DNA of 64,000 nt from contig NC_058383.1 in NCBI RefSeq assembly GCF_018350175.1, positions 29,946,001 through 30,010,000 of the forward strand, read 5' to 3'. Numbering within the stretch: the first letter of the stretch is position 1; each line of letters opens with the position of its first letter. A model generated the notes under the pieces. It did not search any database and had not been told where the DNA came from. It worked only from the letters and a program-made list of their open reading frames with translations. The DNA comes from Felis catus (taxonomy: Eukaryota). A program made the position numbers and the translations under genes. Below, piece after piece: positions 1 through 13,086 of the stretch.

Positions 1-264
1 TGTCTCACTTCCCGTCCTTCCCTTCTGTGATTTGTCCTTAACAGCAGAATATTTGACACAATCAGTTTGTGATACAGGTATGACCTTACTTTTTTCCTCC
101 TCATTTAATCTCCAGCCAACTAGTTGCTTCTTGCCCTCCACTAACAATCATTGTTGTAAATACATTCTCTTATGTTTTCTAGCTACAAAGGGAGTGCACC
201 CATATTATAGAAAAATGATAATATTCAGGCCAGCTAAATAATTATTAAAAATAATGGCAGGGAT

Positions 265-720
265 GAACTGAACATTTACCATATGCCAGACACTGAGTTA
301 CATATATACTTGCATTGTATTAATTTATTCTCAGTGCAACACTTTGAGGTAGGGACTATGATTATATCCGTTTTAGAGACAGTAAAACAGGATGAGGGGG
401 TCAGTAGGTTGCTCAGCAAAGCAGCTAGTAGGTAGCAAAAATAAGTTGGCCTAGGTTGCCTGATGCTCAACTTGAGCTCTTTAAAAAAAAAAAAGTTTAT
501 TTATTTTGAGAGAGACAGAACAGGGGAGGAACAGAGAGAGAGGGAGACAGAGAATCCCAAGCAGGCTCTGTGCAGTCAGTGCAGAGGAGAGCCCAATGCG
601 GGGCTCGAACCCACAAACCATGAAATCATGACCTGCGCTGAAATCAAGAGTCGGATGCTCAACTGACTGAGCCACCCAGGTGCCCCGCCAAACTTGAGCT
701 CTTAACCACTTAGACACTGT
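265..720 (-). mobile_element. MIR SINE remnant split by the Can-SINE
   Basis: MIR-like core (ttgaggtagggactatgattatatccgttttagagacagtaaaac...). Confidence 0.6.
482..686 (-). mobile_element. Can-SINE (feliform SINEC), inserted in a MIR
   Basis: Reverse complement of GGGGCACCTGGGTGGCTCAGTC head, (CT)n region and A-tail; TSD aacttgagctctt at 469-481 and 691-703. Confidence 0.95.
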
Positions 721-1832
721 CCCACCACTTGGATGAATCATCGATAGTAGTGGGGACATAGCTTGCCATGTTTTGTTATATAAGCAAGGTGCATATGCCT
801 GAATATGATTTTGTCTAATTTCATCATCCGTCACATATATGTCCTTTCCAACCGAAGGGAAAGATATGTATAGATGCGTGTATAGTCACATAATCTCACA
901 TAAATACATACATAGTAGGATATAAACATCGTGAGATGACCGTCTCATTCACCCTCCACATCTCCAGCATTTTGAATGGTGCCTGGAATGTAGCAAGCAC
1001 TCAGTGGATATTTGTTGAATGAATGAGCTAAATAAATACTCAATCAGCAGCTTTTATCTGTGAATACAAAACTGTTGTATAATCTGATTCTTCCCTTGAA
1101 GCAATATATCATAGACATCTGTGACATCCACTCTTTGAGCAACACCTCATTTTTAATGGCTGCGCCTGGTTACGAACGGACATTTTCAGTCCTTGTTTTT
1201 CCTTATCTCTTGTGTGCGTCTTCAAACAGTCTCTTTGCTTGGCTTCAGGAACTCTACCCTTTCCTGTTTTCTTCTGTGCTCTGTCATGCTGTTCCAGTAG
1301 CCTTTGACTCCTCGTGTCCCACCGTGCTCTTCAAGGAAAGTTCACCTTTCTCAGGGCTTGAACATGAGTCGTGGTTTCTTCTCCCTTGTCACTTACTGGG
1401 CAAACCCATCCATGGCCCTCTCTTCCATTAAGACCCTGCCATCTTCCAGATGCGCACAAGGAGCTCCACATCCATTACCTTCTCTCATTCTCTCTTCACA
1501 GTGGCGCTTTGAGATAGGCACTGAACTTCGAAGCATAGCGAGGCTGTGTGATTTCACAATGTTGTGCAGCTGGAAGACAGAAGGGCTAGCATTTTATGTC
1601 AGATCTGTCTTTGGAAAACACAGGAGCTCTCTCCTTTATATTCTCCAGAGCACTTAACATGGAACATTTTTTTGGCTCCTTAACAACTGCTTGTTGAAGC
1701 AGTAAATCCTATTTGTGAATCCCCAAGGACTACTTTTGTGAGCCATTTCTTCTGACTCAATGTGTTCTCTCTTGTCTTCTCCATTTCTCTTCCTTGTCCA
1801 CTTTTCTTCCCACATCTTTCTCTCCCTTATGC

Positions 1833-2049
1833 TTTTTTTTTTGTTTTTAAAGTTTTTTTTTAACATTTATTTATTTTTGAGAGAGAGAGAGAGCATGAGT
1901 AGGGGAGGGGCAGAGAGAGAGGGAGACACAGAATCTGAAGCAGATTTCAGGCTCTGAGCTGTAGGCACAGAGCCTGACATGGCACTCTAAACCCATGAAC
2001 TGTGAGATCATGACCTGAGTCGAAGTCAGATGCTTAACTGAGCCACCCA
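1833..2049 (-). mobile_element. Can-SINE, slightly 5'-truncated
   Basis: T-tail, (GA)n, gagatcatgacctgag body. Confidence 0.93.
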
Positions 2050-2711
2050 TCTTCCTTTTGTTTTTGCTTATGAATCTTTAAGTAGGACCCTTGGAGATTT
2101 CTACCCAAATGTAAGTTGGGTTTCTGTGGAATTTCCAGAGGCTTTTATATAACTGAAGAAGAGTTAATGCTCCCTAATTGAGTTTTTGTTGCCTAGAAAG
2201 ATCCTGAACTTAAACCTGTTAAATCACTGCCCTCCGCCGGATCAAATAATGAAAATGATCAAAGAAGTCATTTGTCACTGCTCACTCAGCACCCACTACA
2301 TTTGGGGAACCAGAGTCTTCATGGCAAGAACACCGCCACGTAGCCTCCTTTCTTCTCTCCCACACTTGACCCCCCCCACCCCCACATGGATGCAACATCC
2401 CTCCATGGGGATCCATGGAGAGACCAATGACTGTGGAGGCAGAGGCTGGGTTTGGGGGATTGAAGGAACAACATAGGGTTACACTGTGTGACCATCCCAA
2501 ACCACCCAGAGTACTGTCTGTACAGAAATGAGACTTGGTGGTCCTCATGGGATGCCATTAATGTCTTCCTTTGGTTCAAATGGACCCTCCTGGGTGATTC
2601 TCAACATTGAGAGCAGCAAATCAACCAAGTGCATCTTGAGATCACTGTTGGCAGTGTCAGATGAGAACTCCAATCTCAGAAAACCTACAATGTACTGAAA
2701 TGGTCTCTTCC

Positions 2712-2890
2712 AGCCTTTCTGTTAGAACTTTCTGTGATGATGGAAATGTTAGAGATGCATTCAGTCCAATCCAATTGCCACTAGCCACATGGGGCTTTGA
2801 ATCCTTGAAATGTGAACAGTGCAAATGAAGAACTAAATTTTAGGTTTTATTTGATTTTAATTAGTTTAAATAGCCATATGTGCAGTTGTT
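2712..2890. mobile_element. MER3-like hAT-Charlie MITE
   Basis: ctttctgtgatgatggaaatgtt...ccactagccacatg...aatagccatatgtg resembles recalled MER3 consensus. Confidence 0.7.
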
Positions 2891-3053
2891 TCAAGGAAAG
2901 CAAAGGCATGAAAAGCATTTGGAGAGTGAGCAGAGGGGTGAAAAAAAAAGAATAGTGTTTGATGGTGGGTGATAGGCAAGGAGCAAGATGCTCAGGTACC
3001 TGTCTTCATGACACTCATGGTGTAAGGGAAGAGGTCATCATGATCGGTGTAGA

Positions 3054-3150
3054 AATGGGATCTTGCCATGGGAGAAAGAGATTGAACTTAACACTGAATA
3101 CAGCATGAGCAAGTGGGAATTTATAACCAAGGAGCAAAGGGGAGGTCATG
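3054..3150 (-). mobile_element. ERV1 LTR fragment (MER31-like)
   Basis: aatgggatcttgc...gaatacagcatgagcaagtgggaatttataaccaaggagc resembles recalled MER31. Confidence 0.6.
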
Positions 3151-3367
3151 CAGGGTGGGAAGGGGGATTAAGATGCCCAACTTCCACCTGAAAGGTCTAG
3201 ATGAGGCATAAGGCATTCTCAAATTGATAGGGATTAGCATAAACACAAGTAAGCTAAATAAAAGACCTTGTCTTCACATGTAATCTTGGGTTTTCAATAG
3301 TGAACTGAGAGGGATGACTTGTGTTTTATTTTGAATGGTCTTGTCCATATTCTAAATACATCCTAAA

Positions 3368-3841
3368 AACAGTATGGAAACTCCTTAAAAAAATGAAAAA
3401 TAGAACTACCATGTGATCTAGTAAACCCACTTCTGGGTATTTATCCAAAGGAAATAAACTCTGTTGTGAAATATACCTGNNNNNNNNNNNNNNNNNNNNN
3501 NNNNNNNNNNNNNNNNNNNNNNNNNNNNNNNNNNNNNNNNNNNNNNNNNNNNNNNNNNNNNNNNNNNNNNNNNNNNNNNNNNNNNNNNNNNNNNNNNNNN
3601 NNNNNNNNNNNNNNNNNNNNNNNNNNNNNNTACTCTTGGCAGAGACATTGGGTGGACATTGAGGGCACTATGCTAAGTGAAATGAGTCAGAAAACAATTA
3701 CTGCATGATCTTATGCTTGGAATGTAAAAATACTTGAACTCGTAGATACAGAGGACAGATTGGTGGTTGTCAGAGGTGGTGGTTGAAAGGGGTGGGCAAA
3801 ATGGCTGAAGGTGGTCACAAGGTACCAAAAAAAAAAAAAAA
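3368..3841 (+). mobile_element. L1 3' fragment (L1MA-like) containing an N gap
   Basis: aaaaatagaactaccatgtgatctagtaaacccacttctgggtatttatccaaagg; atgctaagtgaaatgagtcag; A-run at end. Confidence 0.85.
3480..3630. other. Assembly gap (151 N)
   Basis: N run. Confidence 0.99.
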
Positions 3842-4259
3842 TACATCTTAATCAGAAGCTGTCATTATGGAAAGCACAGTATACCCAAGTGTAAAGAGCA
3901 GGTTATTCCTGGACCTAAAGTTTTCTGCCTGCTTCACTCTTCATTTTTCCAGGTAGTTACAGGGCTTTTATGTTGCATTTCAAAGTCAGGATAAAAGTTT
4001 TCCAAGATACTTGTCTTTCGTCAAAAGTCTGTGCTAGGGACCAAGACTGAGGAGAAAGAAAATGCCATCACAGTGCAATTATCTTTGTGGCCTTTAGGTC
4101 TGAAAGTACCGTTGTCTGAATTGAATGTTGTAACAGCAAAACTCTCATTCTGATTCATACATAGGTCAAGACACTAAGAAGGAGCAAAAATTTACATTTG
4201 TGGTGGAGGAGTGGGGGACCAGTGATCTGACAATTCCTACTGGTCCTAGGATGTATATC

Positions 4260-4477
4260 TTAAAAAAAATTTTTTAATGTCAATTTACTTTTTGAGTGAG
4301 AGAGAGCTTGGGTGAGCCGGGGAGGGGCAGTGAGTGAGAGAGACACAGAATCTAAAGCAGGCTCCAGGCTCTGAGCTGTCAGCCCAGAGCCCGACGCAGG
4401 GCTGGAGCCCGCAGACTGTGAGATCATGCCCTGAGCTGAAGTCAGATGCTCAACTGACTGAGCCATCCGGATGCCCC
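4260..4477 (-). mobile_element. Can-SINE
   Basis: Full body with ggctccaggctctgagctgtcagc. Confidence 0.95.
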
Positions 4478-4499
4478 AAAATATTGAGTTTATCTTGAA

Positions 4500-5375
4500 A
4501 ATATATAAATCAGTCTCCCTCCCACCTCGGATCTCTCTTTATCCTTCTCAGGGAGAATGAATGTTAATGGTTTCTTGTATATTTTTCATATATTTTCTAT
4601 GCAGATACAAGTATATCCTTTTTTTTTTTAATACAAAAGGGATATACCTAAGGACACTGTTCTGCATCTTGCACTTTTCACTTCCAGTTTCCACATAAAT
4701 AATTCAGATCTACTTTAAGTTTCTTTCCCTCCTGAATAAGCATATACTGTCAACTATAAAATGAAAGAGACCTGACCTGCTTCAAAACTTAACAACAACT
4801 ACTATTGGTTAATTAGGTTGTTTCCAGTCTTTCTCTTTGACGAGCAGCACTGCTGTGAACTTCCCTGTGTGTATATCTTCATGCTTTTCTGCAAGGAAAG
4901 GGGCAGGATAAATAAATTCCTGATAGATCATAGGATTTGTGTCTAATAGTTTGCTTATTAGTAAGGAAATTGCCTTTCCAGAGGTTGCCCTGATCTGCAC
5001 ACCCACTGTTGCTCAAGCTCTAATATTGTATATTACACATATCTTTCAATTTTTCCAGCACGTTAGCAAAAATTAGCGTCTCATTGTTATTTTAATTTGC
5101 ATTTCTTTAATTATGACAGAAGTTAAGTATCTTTTCCTATGTTAATGATCCATTGGATGTCTCTCCCTCTCCCAACTGCTTGCACGTGTCCTTTGCTGAG
5201 TTTTCTACCGGCATATTGGCCATTTTGTATTTCTTTGAAAGAACACTTATTCAATAAAAGAAATTGATCCTTTCACTGTCATTGGGGTCACAAATGTATT
5301 TTCCCTCAGCTTATTATTTTTCTTTGGACTTTGTTTATTTTGGCGGGACAGAAATGTATTCATTCTGATTTATTC
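4500..5375 (-). mobile_element. Old L1 (L1ME-like) fragment
   Basis: ggttgtttccagtctt...tctcattgttattttaatttgcatttctttaatta, antisense L1 ORF2 3' region. Confidence 0.7.
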
Positions 5376-5429
5376 AAATTCCCACGATGACTCCTGAAGG
5401 ACAACCAATCTTTTGGATCTCAGTTCTTT

Positions 5430-6480
5430 GATTCATTATTTAACAAATATTTATTGAGCCTTTACTATGTGTTCTGGTATTGTTTTAGATTCTGAAAATA
5501 GAGAAGTGAAAAAAAAAAACACAAATCTTTGTCCTCTGGGAGCTAGTGAGAGAAGAGTGAGATAGCCAAAGAGCCAGAAAAGTAAAATATATCTAGAATG
5601 TTACATGATGGTAAAAGCTAAGGAGAAAATAAAGCAAGAGAAAGGAACAGAAGTGTGCTGGGGTCCGGATCAGGTGGGCTGGGTGAGTGAGGGCGATGGT
5701 GATGAGTAGGGTGGCAATTTGAAATTTTGAATTTGCAAAGCTTTAGCCTGCTGTGAAGGTGACACTTGAGCGAAGCTGTGCAGAGGGCAAGGGAATGAAC
5801 CACAAAAATATCTGGGAAAAAGCATTTGACTGAGAAATTAACATGCTCAAAGGGATCCCGTAAGAACAGCCAAGATGGCCCATAAGAACTGGGGTCAGAG
5901 ATGAATGGGGAGGAGGGCAGATTGTTGGACCCCGTGAGGCTTAGAAGCCAGGAAACCAGTGTGGAGGCTCTGGTTCTGATCTTGGTGATAAATGATGGTT
6001 GCTTGGGCCAAGGTCGTAACCCCTTGGGCCAAGAGAGAGTTGAGAAGAGGTTGGATTCTGGAAGGCTCCGATGTTGGTTGGAGATTGGGAAAGGACAGAT
6101 TTAGAAGTGTGGCCTCAGAAGTCTGGTTTTGGACATGGTGAGTTTTAAATGCCCACGACGTGTCAAGAATCGATGCTTAGAAGGCAGTTGCATCTATGGG
6201 TCTCATGTTCAGGAGGGAGTTTCAGATTGGTGATAAAATATGGGAGTCATTAGCTTGGAGATGATGTTTGAGGATATAAGGATGAATGAACAAGGAGATG
6301 AAGAGAGATAGAACATAGTCCTCCAAGGACAGACCCCTGGGGCTCTCCAAATGGTGTCAGGAAAAGAAGAGTGTGCGGTTGATCCATTGCCTCTGATACC
6401 TGCGGTGAGTCTGAAGAGATGACGGTAGGACCGGGGCTGCCAGCAGAAAAGGCCCAGAAGTGAGGAAAATCGTGGTGTAG
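5430..6480 (-). mobile_element. L2 LINE remnant
   Basis: L2 3' end (aacaaatatttattgagc...); decayed RT motif PQGSVLG in minus ORF 6250..6612. Confidence 0.8.
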
Positions 6481-6482
6481 GC

Positions 6483-6810
6483 CAGGATTGTAGACTGAGG
6501 GCTGGCACACCTCATTTGGCACACGGATGCATTTTGATTGGCTGATACAGGTTCTTTGTGTTGTTTTATTTGGGTGGAATTCGTTCCCAAGATTGGACAC
6601 TAGGGATTTCACATTTAAAACGAATGCAGATATCTGCCATCTCTTGAATAATCAGTATATTTGGCAATCCTGGGCCCACATGGCCACAGAGCAACACTTG
6701 GCCGTCCCCGAACAGCTCTTGCCTCTTTAGAAAGCATTGTGTGTGCTGCTGCAAGGGCCCCCCGGCCTGTGTTTCATTCATTTGTGGTACCCTTTGCAAA
6801 ACTCCATGCC
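6483..6810 (+). mobile_element. MER102-like hAT-Charlie element
   Basis: tctcttgaataatcag...ttggcaatcctgggcccaca...tttcattcatttgtggtacc. Confidence 0.6.
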
Positions 6811-6999
6811 CTAATGTTTATAAATTGGGGCTTCCTTCAGTATGTACTCCTCTTCACCCCCCACCCCAAAGGGCAAGGTGTTGGAGCTGACCTCTGTTAC
6901 GCACCCCTTCCAGGCTGGGTGTCAGGAGGCCTGGAGTTACATCCTGGTTCTATGACGGTTCTCTGAAAGTTATGCAATCTGACTCAGTCCTATAAAGAA

Positions 7000-7110
7000 G
7001 ATGTCCAAATGTCCTGGTTGACCTCTAACTGTGGGGTTTTCCAGGGTATGGGGCTTTCTGTGCTGAACTCAGGAAGGACCCAAGCAAAGCAAGATGAGTT
7101 GATGACCCAC
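7000..7110. mobile_element. MER81-like hAT-Blackjack MITE
   Basis: tgtcctggttgacc...ggggttttccagggtatggggctttctgtgctgaac. Confidence 0.5.
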
Positions 7111-7329
7111 CTCTTTACTTTAAACCCACCTGGTTCTCAGAGATGAATGGCAGGCATCAAAACTCCTTGTGTGTTTCCCTAATATACTGACAGGCTCCTT
7201 CGAACAGGCTGAAGATGAAATTTTGCATAGAAAAAAAGACTAAGGGTTTGAAATCCTATTTTTATAATAGCGAGAAATTAGAGACAGGCCCCAATGACCA
7301 CCATCATCATCATGATTATTACTGTAGTT

Positions 7330-7590
7330 CTAATAATGGGAGAAAACACTTTCTCCCTGCCAGACCCTGGACTAAGCATTTTGCAAGCACTTACTTACTT
7401 CATGCCAAGAGTAGCCCTGTGAGGTAAGGACTGTTATCACCCCCTAATGCAGATGAAGAAGTTGAGTCTACTTGTGTAAGGTCACAGAGCTAGTAAGTGG
7501 CAGAGCTAGTAAGTGACAGAGCTAGACAGACAGTGACATACAAACCCAGGTCTGTGTGTCTCCAAAGTCTGCAATGGTTTGACCAGCGTC
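7330..7590 (-). mobile_element. MIR with an internal 16-bp tandem repeat
   Basis: ccctgtgaggtaaggactgttatcacccc...agatgaagaagttgag; cagagctagtaagtgR x2.5 at 7485-7525. Confidence 0.7.
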
Positions 7591-9144
7591 AAACAGCCAA
7601 ACAGAGGCTTCTCTGTGGGGTTGGCATTGCCTGGATTGGTTGCTGGTCGAACAAAGCGCTGTCCCCTACGGTCCTCCAGGTCAAAACTCCCTGAAAAAGA
7701 CCTTCCTGTGCCTGAGAAGTCAGGGCCCAACCAGCCTGGATGAAGAGTTGTCTACTTTCTACTGTGTTCTAGTTATCTTGTTTTATGACAAGTGGCTTAA
7801 TATCCTGGCAACACAAGCCCAGCATTTTATTTCTCCCCTGTCTTCTGAAATTTGCAACCAAATGAGAAGTGATTTGGGCTTGTTATCGAAAAGCCCTCAT
7901 CTGCAAAGCAGAGATGGGCTGAGAATGTGCCCACTTGGCTGTCACTCCCTTTCATGGGTGTAGATTTAATTAGGCCTCTGTGTAACACAGGCTTGGGAGA
8001 GCTATCTCTTCTACTGGTCTTCTGGAAAGTGTTTTCTTTCCTCCTCTCCAGGGTTCCACAGTGGCTGAGGAGAAGGGAACTGGTTCCTGCTCTCTGAAGC
8101 TGAGCTGTGCATCCCAGGGATGAGCCTCTGAGTTACTATTTGTGTGTGTTGGAGGGGGAGTCATTTGCCAATTTACCTAGAAGCCAAGGCCATGTGCATG
8201 CCTGATCGGTGATGGGGATGAGCTCCCCTTCTGTTCTGTTAGGCATTCTGATGTCCTTGGAAGGCCAAGGACTCTGGTTCCAATATTTTTGGTGAAAAAT
8301 ATGATCCCCTATGCTTCTTCCCATTGATTCTCTCCACTCCTGTCTTTCACTCATGACCTTGGGCCTTTGCAGTCCTTATCCCTTATCTTTCCTTCATTTG
8401 ACTAATCCCTACTCATGCTTCAAGAAATGTCTCTTTTCAGGGAGCCATTCCCAATCCTTTAGTCTAGGTTAAATCCTTCTGGTAGCATGGCACACTGAGG
8501 TAACTTTCCTTAATCCCTGTCAGTTGCAATCTGCTTTAATGACTGTCTCCTAACAGTCTGTCAAAGAATAATTCTCAAAAAGTTGAAAACATGACTTTCA
8601 TACAAATATATATTGAGCAGAGGTGAAGATTTTTATTCCGGTGTTTAATGAAGGAATCAGTAAAGAGGTAAAACTTAAAGAACATTTTGAAGAACTGGGT
8701 ATTTATAGGTGTTTTGGAACGAAGAACTTGGAATAAGATTTCTGGGTTAGATAAAACCAAATAATGTTCTATAGGATGGTAGGACTGTAACCTTTAAGGC
8801 TATCGTTTCCCCTCCACAGAAATCTCTATGACATGTAACTTCTCAGTATTTAATCTCTAAACAAAGAATAAAAAGGACAGCCAGTACAGATACTTTCTCT
8901 AAAAGAATTAATCTTGAGTGAGCAGATCTGTGAATGCTGTTAATATAATATTGACAGGAGATACCATGGTATTTTTTTTGTTTTGTTTTTTTGGTCCTTA
9001 TGTCTGAATTTTGAGTATTTTTTCTTATTAGTCCCTCTAGCATCTAACCCAGTAAATGGTGTAGGATTTTTGCTATGGTCAGGATCTGGTGGAGAAGTTG
9101 TCAGCTACTTGCTGGAATCAAAGAATACTATGTAGCAAATTAGC

Positions 9145-9278
9145 NNNNNNNNNNNNNNNNNNNNNNNNNNNNNNNNNNNNNNNNNNNNNNNNNNNNNNNN
9201 NNNNNNNNNNNNNNNNNNNNNNNNNNNNNNNNNNNNNNNNNNNNNNNNNNNNNNNNNNNNNNNNNNNNNNNNNNNNNN
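9145..9278. other. Assembly gap (134 N)
   Basis: N run. Confidence 0.99.
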
Positions 9279-9570
9279 GGTGAGAACTCTCTTCCCGGCT
9301 TGCAGAAACCTGCATTCTCACTATGTCCTCACATGGCCTTTCCTCAATGTGTACACACACACATACACACACATACACATATGTACACACACAGAGAAAG
9401 CTCTCTGGTGTCTCTTCCTGTGAGGACACTAGTCCTATTATACTAGAGCGCCACTTTTATGGCCTCATTTAACCTTAATAACTTCCTTACTCCAAGTACA
9501 GTCACACTGGGGGGTTAGGGCTTCAACATACGAACTGGGTAGGGACAATATATACATTCAGTCCGCAACG
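9279..9570 (-). mobile_element. MLT1A-like MaLR LTR
   Basis: ctctcttcccggcttgcaga...tgtcctcacatggcc...cacactgggggttagggcttcaacatacgaa. Confidence 0.85.
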
Positions 9571-9846
9571 TAATTCAGTCCCAATTTTTGTGGGTTGAAT
9601 TGAATTGAATCAGATATGAATCAGGTTTGTTTGCTTTTTATACACAACAGATTTTCAAGGCTTCTTCTTCTTCGGATAATGTATGCAATCTTCACCATTA
9701 AATTGGTGCCCATCCCGTTACTATTATTACTCTCAGTTTGTAGAGATCAGTAGTAAGCAGGGTAAGAAGGCTTTTCTCCTCTTCCACGGGACCCAGTAAT
9801 ATCTAATGGCTATAATAGTTGAGCAAATATCTATCTTTTATATCTA

Positions 9847-10717
9847 TAGTAACACATTGGATTGTGAGCAACTTGTTCTGTGAGTGTTCTGCAAGACGAA
9901 CAAACATTTCTAATACATTTTAACTTGATGAATGAGTGATGTTTTGCAATGTGGGTAGTACATGACACCGAATGTCACATGATCACAACCGAGCTAATGG
10001 TTCTTCTCTCCTCCCCACCAGTCTCTCTCTCTGCAAGATTGTGGGTGATCATCTCCCATGTACAGATGCACAGTCTTAGGCTGCAGTGTTTGGCAGAAAT
10101 CTGATTTTTCAGAATGTGGGAAGATGCCCACAACTGGCACCAGTGTATCTTTTGTCACTTCCAAGCACCTATGGACAGTTCTTTGCTTTTCCGGACAAGA
10201 GGAAGCTTAAGAATGCTTTGCTTTGCTCTTGGTCAGGCTTCCTGCGAATATAGACCCTTTCCTCTGCTGCCTTATTGCCAGTTACAGTAAATACAGTATA
10301 TGACAAGAATTTGTTAATACTGTTCTGTAGTCACCATCTGGGCGAGCATATACAATGGCCCCCATGCAGAAAAAGATGCCATTGAGCAGATAGATAGCAG
10401 TGATTCCATTAGTGACAGTGAAAGTCATCGTACACTATAACCCTCCTCTCTCTTGTCTCCCTCACACCAGCCATGAAAGTTTTCAAAGGTAAGTGCAGAT
10501 TAATTTGTTTATTTTTCTTTATATTTTGTATTTTCTTGATTATTTTGTATTATATTACAGTATTGCAATCATTTTTATAGCAATATTTTTGGGTTGTGGA
10601 ACAAATCATCTGAGTTTGTATTATTTCTTATGGGGGAAATTTGCTTTGTTATACAAGTGCTTTGGATTACAAGCATGTTTCCGGAACAAATTATGCTCAC
10701 AAAGTAAGGTTTTACTG
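9847..10717. mobile_element. Non-autonomous Tc1/mariner-Tigger-type DNA transposon (~870 bp)
   Basis: Imperfect ~35-bp TIRs (tagtaacacattggattgtgagca... / ...tgctcacaaagtaaggttttactg) flanked by TA at 9845-46 and 10718-19. Confidence 0.8.
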
Positions 10718-10724
10718 TATTTGA

Positions 10725-11650
10725 CATTTATTCCCCCTCTTCTGGTATCACATGCTCCATTGTCCTCCAGGGAACTACACCTGCCCTGCTTTCAATCTGT
10801 GTGATTCAGGAGGGGTTCACTCCATTCCCACTTCCAGAAGTAGCCAAGAGAATCAGGTGTAACCCACCAGAGCACAACAACCTGACGGGATTATGGTTGG
10901 GCAGGTGGTTTGACCTGGAAAAATCACAGCCTTACCTTGGATATTTTCTGTAGCTACCAAGAAACAGACTTTGTTTTTTCTTTTAGGGATGCTCAGCTTT
11001 TATAACATAAACCTAAAGGAGCTGGTGGCCCCTTTTGCAGCCTTGTGGTGATATCCTGAGAATGACGCTACTGAATGCTGGCTTCCCAAAATATCACCAA
11101 AATAACCAGCTGATGAGACAGAGTTAAGCAGATTTTTTATCCGTATAAGGGAGAATACTACCTTGATAGAATCTTAGTAGCATCTCAGAGGAGTGAGGAC
11201 AAAATGGAGGTATTTACTGAGATTTTGAAGCCCATTTAAGATAGGTCCCTAATGTGAGAATTAGTAAGGATTGTGATATAATCATTAGGGACTGGTAGAT
11301 ACAACAAGGTCAGAAATTTGAGATGTGGGGTTCAAAGAGCCTTGGGTATAAACTATTGCTGAATGCTTTCTATTGAAGAATTGATGGGTCTTTTGTGAAG
11401 TTCCTTGAACAAACAATAAAGTTATTTGCAATTTTTATCTTGCTGGGCAAGTGTTTTCTGGAACAGTAAAATTATATTGATGGAGACAGTTAAATAGTCG
11501 AGTCATGTTAATGGAGATGGTAAGCTGTGAGTTTAGACGGCTTTAGTACTCAAAGTTGATATAGTGGAAAGCGGAGAGATGAAAGAAATTATTCCTCTTG
11601 GCATTATTTGAATTTCTGAATCCAGGCAGACTTGAAGCCAGAATGTGGAA
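10725..11650 (+). mobile_element. Old MLT1 (J/K-like) LTR split by a second LTR
   Basis: MLT1-like segments on both sides of ~11070-11552. Confidence 0.5.
11070..11552 (-). mobile_element. Probable ERV1-class solo LTR
   Basis: ~480-bp block ending ...gtactca with antisense poly(A)- and TATA-like motifs; interrupts MLT1. Confidence 0.45.
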
Positions 11651-11682
11651 TGTGGAAAATTGAATCACTCTCTCTCTCTCTC

Positions 11683-12120
11683 TGCATTAGAATTACACAT
11701 TCATGTCCTTTATCATGCAACCACAATACCTCCTAATAAAAGAGGTAGATTAGATTTCCCAACTCTGTTGATGCTGGCCTCGTCAGTTGACTGGGCTTGG
11801 CCAACAGGATGTGGGGAGTGATGGTTGCCAGTTTCAAGCACAGATTCTAAAGCATTCCTATTTCCACTCATCCCTTGTTAAGTTCCTGTGATCAGTCATG
11901 AAATGATCATACCCAAATTAACACTGTGTCTTTGGCTGGGCCCCAGACTGAAGACCCATGTAGCAGGCAGAACTTACCAGAAGTCCTGAGTCCAGTCTGG
12001 CCCTGCCAAGATCAACCTCCGTCAGTCCAAATGTGGCCGCCCCATACACCTATGAAAAATAAAAATTCACATGACTTATTGAAAGCTCCTGAGATTTAGA
12101 TGTCGTTTGTGACTGCATTC
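11683..12120 (+). mobile_element. MLT1H/I-like MaLR LTR
   Basis: gcttggccaacaggatgtgg...gccagtttcaagc...aataaaa...ctgagatttagatgtcgtttgtgactgca. Confidence 0.7.
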
Positions 12121-12289
12121 GGAGTTCACTCCTGGACTTGTGGACTACATGATCCAGTAAATTTTCCATGTTCCTGTAATCAATTTCTGTTGGAGTTTGG
12201 CTATTTGTTTGTTTGTTTGCTTGTTTATTTCTCGGGGGCTTGTTTTTCATAGTTTTGTTATTTATTAACCAGAAGTGTCTTCTCCATTA

Positions 12290-12960
12290 CAATCTTTTTG
12301 TGGTGTAGCATCCCTTTTGGCAGACATGAGCCTCTAAGACCTTTGGGTCTTTCTCATGGGAACCATAGCCTACCCTGATCATCTTCAGTCTGTACCTGAG
12401 CAATTGATTTTTTTTAAGGCAATATTTATCCCTATTAATGCTCAGCTTTTGATTTGTATCCAATGTTCCAGTCTGGTGGGATCTTTCTCGATTTGATTCT
12501 TTCATTCTGGGGATTAGCTCTCCCATTCAGCATTTTGTCAAACACAGATTGGATCAGCATGACCATGAGAGCCTCCTCCAAGCCCTTGATTTCGTTGTAA
12601 TGATCTTGTGGTGTTGCATTAACACTGACCCCCAGGTTGACCCCAAACCACACAAATAATCATTAATTAGTCCACGTATTCGAGATGAATGCCCACGGGG
12701 CAGAAATATCTTTCAGCCATTGTTTGAAGTCAGGAGGTATTACATAGCAGTGGCCTGAAGTGAAATCTTCCCTGATAATATTTTTCGTATGTATCCGCAA
12801 TGGTGTGACCTACTTTTCAAGCCAGTGGGTAGGAATCTGTGTCTCTCTTGAAAAAATAAAATTGTCCAGCTGCTGAGTTCAAGTTCTGCCCATGGTATAA
12901 ACCAATTGATCTTGAGTGGGTCCTTTATAGCTTTCCTTGACTTTGTTATCATAGCTTGGA
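12290..12960 (-). mobile_element. L3/CR1 LINE RT-region remnant
   Basis: atttatccctattaatg...tccagtctggtgggatcttt...tttgtcaaacacagattggatcagcatg, typical antisense L3. Confidence 0.7.
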
Positions 12961-13086
12961 CAGAATCCCTAAGACCTCTTCAAGTTCAAAAGAACAAGGC
13001 AATTGTGAACTTGTAAAGTTATTGAACCCACCCTTGCCTCCTAGACTGACTGTGTATAACGTACATTTTAAAAATCTGGGAAACGT

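Larger units (their letters stand above)
8559..9740 (-). mobile_element. Probable old ERV LTR interrupted by a gap and MLT1A
   Basis: Starts TGTCAAAG, antisense poly(A) signal (tttatt ~8632), LTR-like composition; family not recognised. Confidence 0.35.

Noticed and set aside
3418-3708. ORFs containing X runs (also at ~9.1-9.4 kb and ~30.6-30.9 kb)
   Set aside because: Artefacts of N gaps
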